Source of the DNA: Craspedostauros australis
Taxonomy: Eukaryota
NCBI GenBank assembly: GCA_030167865.1
Contig: JALAGF010005512.1
Coordinates: 1-64,000, forward strand
Reading direction: 5' to 3'
Length of the DNA: 64,000 nt
This document shows, in pieces, positions 1-10,105 of the stretch. The translations under genes were made by a program, and so were the position numbers. The notes under the pieces were generated by a model, which saw nothing but the letters and a program-made list of their open reading frames with translations, had not been told where the DNA came from and did no database searches. Within the stretch, counting starts at the first letter, position 1, and the number at the start of each line of letters is the position of its first letter.

Positions 1-363
1 GATGATCATGGGTGCTGAAGGGAGGGCAGCATGGTGCCATCGAGAATTTTTCGCACCCACCACCTGACAGACAGCAAGCCAAAACGACATTAAAAATAAA
101 GTGCATACAAATTTAACTTCAATATTCAGAATCACTGATAGCCACTCGTCCGGATGCACTGTTTATTTTTAATTTTAAACGATGTGTTGTTGAGATATAA
201 CATCATAAGCAGTTGTTTGGATGGTTTTGGATGTGCTCTAATTTAGTCTACTTTATCACGACTCATCACGAGTAAAACTCAAAAAACACTCCACAACTAG
301 TGCTATCGCGACACCGTTTTACATTGAGTGCAGGTCGTAGAGTAGAGCAGTCGCATTTCGGAG

Positions 364-364
<1 letters not shown>

Positions 365-394
<30 letters not shown>
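365..394. repeat. (CA)/(GA)n microsatellite
   Basis: cacacaca followed by gagagagagagagagagagag, read directly. Confidence 0.9.
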
Positions 395-395
<1 letters not shown>

Positions 396-2669
396 GAAGC
401 CGAAGGCTACTCCACTTTGCTATCTACAAATAGGTCGTAGTCAGCCATTGGAGGAGGTATTTTAGTTTGGCCATAATTTCTGAATGAAACCCAGTCCTGT
501 TCCACCCTATTCACGAGTATGTGATCGAACGAGTCGGTCGTTGTTTACGACCTTGCGGACCGAAGTGACGTTTGTAAGGGCGTGACGTGACCTCGTTGCA
601 AACAGACTCTGTTAAGTAATATGTCGTATCATGCAAAAAGACGAATCGTATATAATGGTTCGGAACGAAGGAACGATCAGAACACAAAGCAGATGGTCTT
701 GAAGAGAACTAGCGCAGTGTACTTTCGGCGTTTGCGTACATTTTCCACCCGCTTCGCAACACAACACAACACAACATTCCGAAGCGACTCGGGAGCGCGC
801 CATTCTTCGTGGAAGAGAGAGGCGATCGGCAGTCGCCGTTTCTCTCTCGCGTCGTTACGTTTTTGCGCCGCGAGTGCAAGAAGAAGGTGAGAAAAGGAAA
901 GAAGACAAGAGGGGAGGGACATGAGGACGCAGAGTCAGCGTATCCATAAGCATAAGTATTGGTGGATTGTACATGCCTCACATCAAACAGCAACCAACGA
1001 TCACAAACGACCACCTCGAAGGGCAACAAGAACAATCAAACGCACGAGGAGAAGGACAGCAACCACCTCTTGGAGGAGTGGAGCGTGGTGGTGGCAACAG
1101 AAACAAGGAAACAAAGGCGGTTGGCCGGAACTCCACCCAGGCAATACTGCTCGCGCTTACGATTACTCTGGAAGTGTATCGTAGATCGTGCTCTATTCTG
1201 CTGTACTCGCAGAGCAGAACAGTGTATGGTATTAGAGGTCGTGCTCTCCGAAACCATCACACGATCGTACCGCACAGATAGAGTACCATACAAACGTACT
1301 CGTGCTCTTGGCGAGACGCTCCACAAGCAGGTCCATCTACCGGAGACGCGCGAGGTTGGACCGAAGCGGTGTTGGGAGCATCAGCAAGGTGAGCGACGGC
1401 ACCACCCAAAAACCAACGTGGAAGGACATTGCGCCGAACGCTTTCTGCATTTCATTTTTTGGTATGTGCGTGTGCTCGCGTTTTCGTGGCCGTCGTTGTG
1501 TTGGGCTGTTGGTGGGATGGATGTTCGTGGCACACGATGACGAACGAGAGGACTTGTCCACGGGTTGGCGCGCACGTGAGGAAACAAAAACAAGTCGGAC
1601 GTGGGAGGCAGAGTGACGCGGCGCAACTTGACGAAATCAAACAAGCCGCCGAGCAAAGAATCAAAAGAATCGAATCTTGTCTGTCGGAAAGATGGGACAC
1701 TCCAAGAATCTCCACCATCCTCAATCGGGCGCCATCAATAGCGCGCCATTCGATCGTCCTTGCCACTTCTCCCCATACTGGCATGCTCACATAATTTGTT
1801 CCTTGTTCCTCATCCATTGCAAACACCATCACCAACAACAACAACAAACTTCATCATCAGACCGGATCAAATCAAATCAAAGCAGAGTCTCTTGTGGTAC
1901 CACATCACAAGTTCAGACCCAAGGTGAACGTCACTGTCACCGTCAGGCTGAACTCGTTGGCAGACAATACTCGTGGGTAGAGACAATCACAGGGCAAAGG
2001 ACAGAAACGGCCAAGCGCTTTCGCCTGCATTGGTGAAGGAGAATCGACCTTTGATTTGACTCCGTCGGTGTTCTTGTCTGAAATCGAGCCAGGCATTCAG
2101 CATCCGTGTGCCGAACGAGTATTGCTGCAGGTTGGGACTTGATACACAGCGCTGTGTCATTGATCCATCCGTTCTGGTGACAGCACAGTTCAGCCACGAG
2201 AGTGCGATCGGAAGCAGTGCGACCAGCGGCGCAATCAACAGCAACAACACAACGAACGAGGTTGGTTTTTGCACACTCTCGGCGTCGCCATTTCGGAGCA
2301 TCTTCACTTTGTGTGTGAACCAAAAAGTGACAACGTCGCGAACAAGAGGACGACCAGCTGGTGGTTGGCTTTGGCTCCAATCAGCGTTTGCAATTTCACC
2401 TTGACTCCATTCCGGAATCACAGGAGACAGAGGTGTCTGCCATTGCACAGTGGCGCAGAACTCCCGTCTCAAGTGACTCCAAGGAACAAGCAACCAGCAA
2501 CAACTTCTTGTCACAAATCTACACATTCCTCTTGGATTGACGTCACAAAATTCAACACAACAGAAACGCAAAGCGTCGAACTGCATCGCAACAGGCAGCA
2601 ACACCATCATCCTCATCGTACGAGTACGAGTAAGACGCGTTGTACACTTGCACAACGCAACCAGTCAAC

Positions 2670-5177
2670 ATGTCGTTGGGATTGACAAAGGATTCCATGC
2701 TCAACCTCGCCGAATTGGCCAGGGAGAAGGAGGAGGAAGATGAGGCGATCATGACGCCGGGTGATGCCCACCATGCTGATAGATCTACAACTGCACCGAC
2801 AGGCGAGAGCACAATGGAAGCGCCGTCGTCAACGGGAGGAGGCAATGCAACATCCGCACAAGCTCAAGCAGAAAAAGCAAACACAACAACTGCTGCCAGC
2901 AGGCGCAAAGTGCTGAGCGTGCCTGTGAAGAACAACACTGCTAAAGGCGCCAATTCGAACACCCCAGACGACGCAGAGACTGATGTGTCCCATGCAACCC
3001 AGGCACAGACGCAGACGCAGACGCAGGCAGGGACAAATCTGGTGCCTGGCCAACAGACATACCGATCACCGAAGATCGAAGTCACATCCGAAACCGACCA
3101 CGAGGTTTCACCGAACAGCGTCATCAGCAATGACCAGAGCGACAGAATAGGTTCCAGAAACATGACGTCCGCCAGCCCATCTTCCACCTCTGCTGCGTCT
3201 GCTGGTTCCCTCTCCACCTCGCCCACCGAAAATGTCCGCAAACAGCAGCAGCAGCCCAGCACCAAAAATCAAAATCACCAATGGTACTCCGGATTCTCGG
3301 CGGATTACTACGACATGCATGACTACGATAACTATGACGCGTACGGCACGCCAAGGCATTGGAGACAAAATCAATCGGCGCTCTCCACACACAATGACAC
3401 CAACGCCTTCACCAATCTCCTCCACTGCATCTTCCCTTGGACAGCAAAGCATCATGATGACGACGGCAACAACGACAACAATGCGAACTTCAGTGGCAGC
3501 GACGGGCAGATGGGTAGCCAACGACAACAACAACATTCCCAATTTTCCTCCGCGCGGCAAGTGCCAACCAGCATCACGCAAAAGGCCACGGCATCAAGGG
3601 CTGGCGATGATGATGAGATCTCAACAGGCAGCGAGAAACTTGGCGAGAAGTTGTCGGAACGCGAGCGTCATGTCGTCCTTGCGAGATTAGGAATCATGCA
3701 CCCCCCTCTCCCTTCGTCTTCCTCCGCCGTTGCAAATCGAGCCAAGACGCACAGCAAAAAAGACCACGGCGTGCGCAACAGCAGCGATGCAGCGGATGGC
3801 AACATATCCGTGAGCGATAGCTGGCACGGTAGCAGCAGCAGTAGCGCCGATAGCGTCACGGAGCAACAAAACCGCGCAAACGCCAAAATCAATGCAAAAC
3901 AGCAGAAAGGTGACGGCAAGCCAGCAGCAGCAGCAGCAGCTGCAGTTTCTTCAGGAAGTCCTTCGGCGTCAACTGCGACGACACGGCCATCAATGAATGC
4001 GGGCGCTCCGCTCAAGGGGATCTTGAGAAAGAGCTCGAACCTGATCGACACACGGCTTCCTAGCCCAACCAAATCGGGAGCAGCAGCAGCCAAGCGGAAT
4101 TTCACGAAGCGCCGCTCTCTCTTCCCACAAATCGACACCACCCCCAAGGTGTCAAAGAACGTCAACGTCTCCTTCTCACCCATGGCACGTGTCGTCTCGG
4201 TCAAATCCATACGCGACATGGACAACAGCGAGAAGGGCGACATCTGGTGGCAAAAGTCGGACTACGAGGAGTTCCGCAAGACCGGTCGCATGATCACCAG
4301 GGCCATGCTGCAGGGCGGGAGCGAGATCTGGTTGGCATCCAACCAGTCCTGGCAGATGCCCAACGGCAGCAAGCAGTCCACGCTCAAGCACGCCTTGTCG
4401 CTGTGCGAGAAATCAAAGCAGTTCAAGAACGGAGACATCGCCGCCAAGAAGGAATACGAATCCGCGCGTGACAAGTGGTGGCACATGTTCGGCCACTCGC
4501 GGCGTGGATTGGAGCACATTGCCTCAATCGACGAAGGACGCCAACGGCAGGCGAACGTGCGCACTGCGATCCGCGCGGTTGTGCAGGAACAACGACGTCA
4601 GAAGGTGTTCCAACGCGAGGACGCCGAAAAGCTGCGCATGCTGTCCCTCCAGTACACAGCATGGGCGCGCGACCTTGCCACAGCCGCGGGCCATTCCGAC
4701 GCCGACGCCGTGGAGAGCGAATTCGACGACGACAGCCGTAAGACGCGTGAATTCTACCTGCTGAAATTCGCCCGCACCAAGAAAACCGCAATCAGCACAA
4801 ATCGACAGAACGCCATACCCGCCTTCATGAAGCCCATCCTTTCGATGCGTCCTGATCGTTTTGATGTCAACACCGCCTCGCAGATACGTTACCGGCAGAC
4901 CCAGGCCAACCACCGACCGCCGATGCAAATGAGCTTCGGAGCAGCCGTCAACAAGAGCAACAGCAACGCTGCCGCCTCCTTCACGTCGAAGACGGCCATG
5001 ACACGGCAATCCCCCGTCGAAAGCACGGAAATGCTGCACGATGACAATTCCAGCGTCGCATCCAAGGAGAGTTTGGCGAAACGCGCGGCAGGATATGCAA
5101 GCGGGAAGAAGATTGGCAACATGTCCGCTGTTTTGAGCGGCATGGGTCCAGAAGCAGCCACGGTCGGTGGTCCATGA
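2670..5177 (+). CDS. Uncharacterised protein of the diatom-expanded 'RGLE' family, 835 aa, long S/T/Q-rich disordered N-terminus
   Basis: First ATG at 2670. The C-terminal part has VSFSPMARV..IWWQKSDYEEF..RGLEHI..AVVQEQRRQ..ARDLATAAGHSDA, a motif order I recall from many uncharacterised diatom proteins. Confidence 0.8.
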   Translation: MSLGLTKDSMLNLAELAREKEEEDEAIMTPGDAHHADRSTTAPTGESTMEAPSSTGGGNATSAQAQAEKANTTTAASRRKVLSVPVKNNTAKGANSNTPDDAETDVSHATQAQTQTQTQAGTNLVPGQQTYRSPKIEVTSETDHEVSPNSVISNDQSDRIGSRNMTSASPSSTSAASAGSLSTSPTENVRKQQQQPSTKNQNHQWYSGFSADYYDMHDYDNYDAYGTPRHWRQNQSALSTHNDTNAFTNLLHCIFPWTAKHHDDDGNNDNNANFSGSDGQMGSQRQQQHSQFSSARQVPTSITQKATASRAGDDDEISTGSEKLGEKLSERERHVVLARLGIMHPPLPSSSSAVANRAKTHSKKDHGVRNSSDAADGNISVSDSWHGSSSSSADSVTEQQNRANAKINAKQQKGDGKPAAAAAAAVSSGSPSASTATTRPSMNAGAPLKGILRKSSNLIDTRLPSPTKSGAAAAKRNFTKRRSLFPQIDTTPKVSKNVNVSFSPMARVVSVKSIRDMDNSEKGDIWWQKSDYEEFRKTGRMITRAMLQGGSEIWLASNQSWQMPNGSKQSTLKHALSLCEKSKQFKNGDIAAKKEYESARDKWWHMFGHSRRGLEHIASIDEGRQRQANVRTAIRAVVQEQRRQKVFQREDAEKLRMLSLQYTAWARDLATAAGHSDADAVESEFDDDSRKTREFYLLKFARTKKTAISTNRQNAIPAFMKPILSMRPDRFDVNTASQIRYRQTQANHRPPMQMSFGAAVNKSNSNAAASFTSKTAMTRQSPVESTEMLHDDNSSVASKESLAKRAAGYASGKKIGNMSAVLSGMGPEAATVGGP

Positions 5178-5711
5178 ACATATCAACTCCACTACCACCT
5201 CAAACATCATCTCCAATTCCAATACCGCAGGATGAAACAATGCGCAAACGCAAAAGTCTATGAACTATACTTGTAATGCAGGATACGATAGTAACCCACT
5301 GCTGGCATTCTTTGACATCTCTACAACAACTCCAACAATCATATCACAATTAGAAGAGCAAAGGTCGAGTAAATAGTGTGGTAGAGTATGTTCGTTTGAT
5401 TGTGCAAGAACTAGGCTATAGAGATACGAGTACTATTAGTGTGACAGCGCATGTGTAGAGGGTCAAATCTTCTGAACCGGGAGACCGCGACGCAGGAGTG
5501 TGCTGATTCATCCGTGTATGGGACACAGTGCCTGGAGACCAGAGATCAAGCCTACGAAATGATAGCATGCTCCTGGATATACTCTTGGTGGCGTTGCTGC
5601 TGCTGCTGCTGCTACTACTGCAGCCGTTGTATTACCGTTCGTGTCATTTGCGCTCCATCCAATCCAATCCATTTCATTCCGATCCATTGTAGAGAATTAT
5701 AATAGATCCCA

Positions 5712-7046
5712 TCACTGCACTTCCTCATTGGGACACGACGACGACGACGGCTCCGCGGCAGCACCATCGTTGGCAGTTGGGAAGGATTCCTTGCCATCGA
5801 AGAGAGCAAACCGACCCTTCTCGATGGGGAACACCATATCGTCTCGCGGCCACGGCCATCCGCCAAACTGCGTGCGTCTGTAATCCATGAACGCCTGCTG
5901 GATCTCCCCCTCGCTGGACATGGCGAATGGCCCGTACTGTACGACCCGCTCCTCAATCGGCTTGCCCTGCATCCACAAGAATTCGGATGCCTCTGTGTGC
6001 GTCGATGGGACTTCGATCGCAACCTCTTGCGTCGGGTCCAACGTGATGCTGACCTTCTTCTCGACGGGTTTGCCATCCACCAGAACGCCCCCCTTGCCTT
6101 CGATGTAGAACAAGGAGCGGTTGACGGTTGCGAGATGGGCCTTCGGGATCACGAGCTCCCCACCGGGCTGGACGGTGATGTGCACCAATGCCACATCGTT
6201 GTCCGGGTTGTTGGCCCAGCTGTCTGGCGGTGGCACGTTCTGTCGCTCTTTGGTGACGCCGTAGTAGTGGCCTATCCACACGGTGGCCTTGGCGAGCTTA
6301 TCCTCCGTTTCGTGGTTGGGCACGTCGTTGGCCCAGAACATGGCGAAGCTGGGCGGTGACATCTGCGTGGCTTTCGGCAGGTTCAACCAAATTTGCTGCG
6401 GTGCGGGTGCGACGTTGTTGTCGTTGTTGTCGTTGATGGAGGCGTGTGTGGAAGGTGGTATTGGATCAGTGACAAAGCAAATGAGAAAAAAATGAGATAG
6501 AATGAGATGGTGAGATTGAGTGGAGTGGACTACTCGAGAGCGCGTGATAAAAATCAGACGGATGATAGTCGTATCATAGTGAACGTCGTTCCTTGCAATG
6601 CAACTTGCAATGCAACTTACGAAGAATCTGGTGAGATTGGGACCATCCTGCTTGACCAGTGGGAACATTTCGGAGTGCACGATGCCGCTGCCTGCTGTCA
6701 TCCATTGCAGATCTCCATCGCCGTACCGCCCTCCGTTGCCCAAGCTGTCGGCGTGATCGATGATTCCATCGATGGTGGCTGTAATGGTCTCGAAGCCTCT
6801 GTGTGGATGCTGCGGGAATCCAGGGACTTTGGTGCCGTGATACATGCGGTAGTCAGAGGATGGGTCGAAGTCCTGACCGTTGCCACGACGAGGCGCCTCC
6901 ATTCGCTGGTTGCCAGCAGGGTACTCGTCCTTGTGGTAGACGCAGAAGAGGTAAGGATCGCCGGTGGGATAAGGTCCCGCCTTCGGCAGAGCTCGTGTGC
7001 TCAGGATCGCGCTTCCGATTGTCTTGGCCATCTTCGAGAGTTGCAT
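5712..7046 (-). CDS. Pirin-family bicupin protein, 2 exons (7046-6621, 6395-5712), about 369 aa
   Basis: GFPQHPHRGFETIT, HADSLGN, LQWMTAGSGIVHSE and YGPFAM motifs. Removing GTAAGT...CGCAG (6620-6396) restores TRFF-QIWLNLP. Confidence 0.93.
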   Translation of the reverse strand: MQLSKMAKTIGSAILSTRALPKAGPYPTGDPYLFCVYHKDEYPAGNQRMEAPRRGNGQDFDPSSDYRMYHGTKVPGFPQHPHRGFETITATIDGIIDHADSLGNGGRYGDGDLQWMTAGSGIVHSEMFPLVKQDGPNLTRFFVSCIASCIARNDVHYDTTIIRLIFITRSRVVHSTQSHHLILSHFFLICFVTDPIPPSTHASINDNNDNNVAPAPQQIWLNLPKATQMSPPSFAMFWANDVPNHETEDKLAKATVWIGHYYGVTKERQNVPPPDSWANNPDNDVALVHITVQPGGELVIPKAHLATVNRSLFYIEGKGGVLVDGKPVEKKVSITLDPTQEVAIEVPSTHTEASEFLWMQGKPIEERVVQYGPFAMSSEGEIQQAFMDYRRTQFGGWPWPRDDMVFPIEKGRFALFDGKESFPTANDGAAAEPSSSSCPNEEVQ

Positions 7047-7729
7047 GGGTTTGCGTTTGAGTGTGCTTGGTGCCTTCTTTGGCTTGTGAATTGCTTTGTA
7101 TGGTATTGTGCGTTGACTTGATTTGTATTTTATGGCCTCATCTCAGTCATGAAAGATTCTGCTCGGTCTCCATGCTCCTTCGTACGATGATGAGTGATGC
7201 GCTTCACAAGGTACTACGACTGGTACCGGTGCCGTGTCTTGCGGTGGATGATGTGTTCGGTGACATCGGAAGACTTTCGATTTTGTTCTCGGCGAACTTC
7301 CTTTTCGCCGATCCGGAGGTTCGCAAACAATTTTATTTCTTTTCGCTTCGTTTTTGGAGACGCCGCCGACGCAACAGCGAAGATGTGACAGAGGAAGGTG
7401 CCATGTGATGGTCATGGCGACTGCACACACAGCCGTACCCACATAATCATCTCACTGTATGAATTGCTTCAAAATCTGAACAATAGTAGGTACTATGGGA
7501 AGCGTTAACAAACGTACGTAACGGGAGATCGTTGGCTGTACCCAGGGCAAATCAACCCCCAAATCTGGGTTGGAGCATGTTGGTTTCCTGCTCCTCGCCC
7601 GAATCCAGCATTCAACTCTGGCCAGGGAGAGCCTCTTCATGTTAGGTTTGTGACCGCCCGAGCCTCCATCGTTTTGTCGTCCACAACTCTTGTATTCTCG
7701 CGAGTTCATTCCTTCGCTCGTTGCTGTCT

Positions 7730-8947
7730 TCACATCTTCTCGTAGCTCTCGATGAGCTGGACGAGACCGGCACGGTCGTCGATGTGAACCCAATGTCCCG
7801 CTTTTGGCAGAACATGCACGTGGAATCGATTGGGATGCTGGTTCTGGACGTTCTGCAGCTGCTGCAATGTCCCCACGTCCCAACCGGCGTTCTTACCGCC
7901 CCGTACAAGATGGATCTGAAAGTCATCGTCATTCTCTTCCAGGATCGACGCCACCAGACCATAAAAGTCTTGCCGTTCGAATTCTGCCAGCTGGTCTTGT
8001 GCGATCTGCATGTCGAACGAGAACGTCCTGGTGGATGCATCGTACGATGACAGAAGCCATTGTGCGATGGGCATGCTCAGTTTGTATTCGCTGGTGAAGA
8101 GCTCCAACAGCTCCTTGTTGCTTGAGGGTATGGTGATTTCTGTCGATGCTTCGCCCTGTTGGCTTTGTCCCAAGGCATCATCTCGGAATCGCTGAATGGA
8201 ACTGAGCACCTGCTCCACAGAATCGTTGACCTGGCCTGGCACGGTGTCCAAGAGCCAGATAGATCGAAGGCCATCATACGCGCTATCTTTGCCACTGAAC
8301 ATAGACGCGTACTGCAAGGTGACCCGCCCGCCCCAAGAATGACCAACGATCGATCTGGGCAACGGAACCAACTGCGACGACGACGACGACGCTCCTGTGG
8401 ATGCCAACAATGTTCGTCGCACGTCATGTGCTGCACTTTCGAAGGTGTTGGGCAACGGGTAGACGGCGGACTTCGATTTCCCGTGACCTCGAAGGTCCAA
8501 CAGCATCCCGGATGGCACGTTGGTCTGCGCAATCGCCGACCTGGCAAACGTTTTGAGATTCTTGCCATTCCCGAGAAGACCGTGCAGAAAGACGAACGGT
8601 GCATCGGACGCAGCCGCCTTGTTGTTCACGAGGATTTCGCTGTGGAGCACGTTGCCTCCACCCTCCGTCTCCGTATGTGTGCCCCCGAATCTTCGTGCGC
8701 TGAGATCCATCGAGACCGCATTCAGCATCGATCCATGACGTAAGGTTGGCACAATGCCACAGGTGGATGAATGTATCGTTGGATGTGCGGTCGAATGCGT
8801 ACGCGATGGCACAGATACCATGCAACCGCGATGTCTCAACGTCTCAACCGGTCGCAAACCTCTGCGTTCCGCGATCCGTGTTGCCGTTCGTTGCGACCTG
8901 TGAAACGCTGCGTTCCACGGTGATGCCATCGCTTTCGTTGCCATCAT
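7730..8947 (-). CDS. Alpha/beta hydrolase, ABHD11/YbfF-like, probable mitochondrial presequence
   Basis: FLHGLLGNGKN oxyanion loop, DLRGHGKS, nucleophile elbow GHSWGG, catalytic His in AGHWVH. N-terminus is R/S/A-rich and acid-poor. First ATG at 8947. Confidence 0.88.
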   Translation of the reverse strand: MMATKAMASPWNAAFHRSQRTATRIAERRGLRPVETLRHRGCMVSVPSRTHSTAHPTIHSSTCGIVPTLRHGSMLNAVSMDLSARRFGGTHTETEGGGNVLHSEILVNNKAAASDAPFVFLHGLLGNGKNLKTFARSAIAQTNVPSGMLLDLRGHGKSKSAVYPLPNTFESAAHDVRRTLLASTGASSSSSQLVPLPRSIVGHSWGGRVTLQYASMFSGKDSAYDGLRSIWLLDTVPGQVNDSVEQVLSSIQRFRDDALGQSQQGEASTEITIPSSNKELLELFTSEYKLSMPIAQWLLSSYDASTRTFSFDMQIAQDQLAEFERQDFYGLVASILEENDDDFQIHLVRGGKNAGWDVGTLQQLQNVQNQHPNRFHVHVLPKAGHWVHIDDRAGLVQLIESYEKM

Positions 8948-10005
8948 CTTGACCACTGCTGTTGTCGTGTCGGTGTCGGTTTGGTTGCTTCCCCTTTGCA
9001 ATGAATCTGCGCCGCTTGTTGCGAATACAGATCATCTCCATCCACAAAGCAAGGAGGAAGATCTCGGTCGCGCCAGATTTCACGTTGTTTTGGTTGTGTT
9101 CATCATATCTCAACACTATTATGTAAAACTATTAAATACCGCAGCTTCGGACAAGTCTGGATGTCACCCGCAAATGCACGTTTGAGAGGACTTGACTCAA
9201 ATGGTACACGCGGTAAATATAAAATTTTATTAATTTATTTGGAGTTGAATCTATTGAATGTCTCAATAATGTCGTTGATATTTATTGGCGACATTGTGGT
9301 ATCAACACGATTCAATGAAAGTGGCGGTGAATTCAAAATATATTGCATATTAAAGGTCATCCAAAATGTCGTTAACGTTATTCAAGTGGCTCATCGACGT
9401 TAACACAAGCAATAGTTATTGGCAGAAAGGAGCAATAGGTTTCGGTCGAGAGACATTGCGGTTCACCAGAACGTCTGAAAAAGTTCCTGGCTTCTCCATG
9501 GACATTTGATTGGTCGTGCCGCACTGGTTTGTGCCCCTCCTTTCCTCTTCGTTGGATCTGCAACAACAGGAGTGTTGATGAATCCACCACCGAAAACGCG
9601 GAACCAGCCTCCGACAACGATGAGTCCCAAAGTGTTCACAAGCACAGAGGCACAACGACCTCCTCTGCTCCCCAACACAAGAGAGGAACGCAGAGGTTCA
9701 ACTACCATCCAATCTCGTCCCTCGTGCTCGTCCTCGTACTGGAGTGTCACACCCAGTGCACCTCGCGAGAGTGCCATTCCTCCCCAACGCCTTCCGAGTC
9801 TCTCTCTCCCTCTCTTCGCACGTGGGCATCATCATCCCATCACGTCGTCCGATCGTCTGCACGCCTCCAATAGTACGTTAATACGGCAGTACGCAGTCCA
9901 GAGACCAAGAGGAGGAAGCAGAGGACGATCCCTCACTGACGTCAAGTCCACTTCAATTCAAGTCCACTTCACTTCAATTCAAGCCCACTTCACACAGCAC
10001 CCCAC

Positions 10006-10080
10006 CGCGCTGTGATACAACGCGCTGTGATACAACGCGCTGTGATACAACGCGCTTTGATACGACGCTCTGTGTTCAAA
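10006..10080 (+). repeat. 15-bp tandem repeat: CGCGCTGTGATACAA x3 plus 2 degenerate copies
   Basis: Exact copies at 10006, 10021 and 10036; variants at 10051 and 10066. Ends 26 bp before the ATG at 10106. Confidence 0.9.
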
Positions 10081-10105
10081 CACGCTGCATACGACAGAGA
10101 CCAAG

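Noticed and set aside
600..2660. Many short overlapping ORFs (up to 222 aa)
   Set aside because: No recognisable motifs or consistent codon bias, and mostly non-ATG starts. More likely promoter, leader or non-coding sequence.
10006..10080. Possible CRISPR-like array
   Set aside because: Contiguous 15-bp units with no spacers, no cas genes, eukaryotic context.
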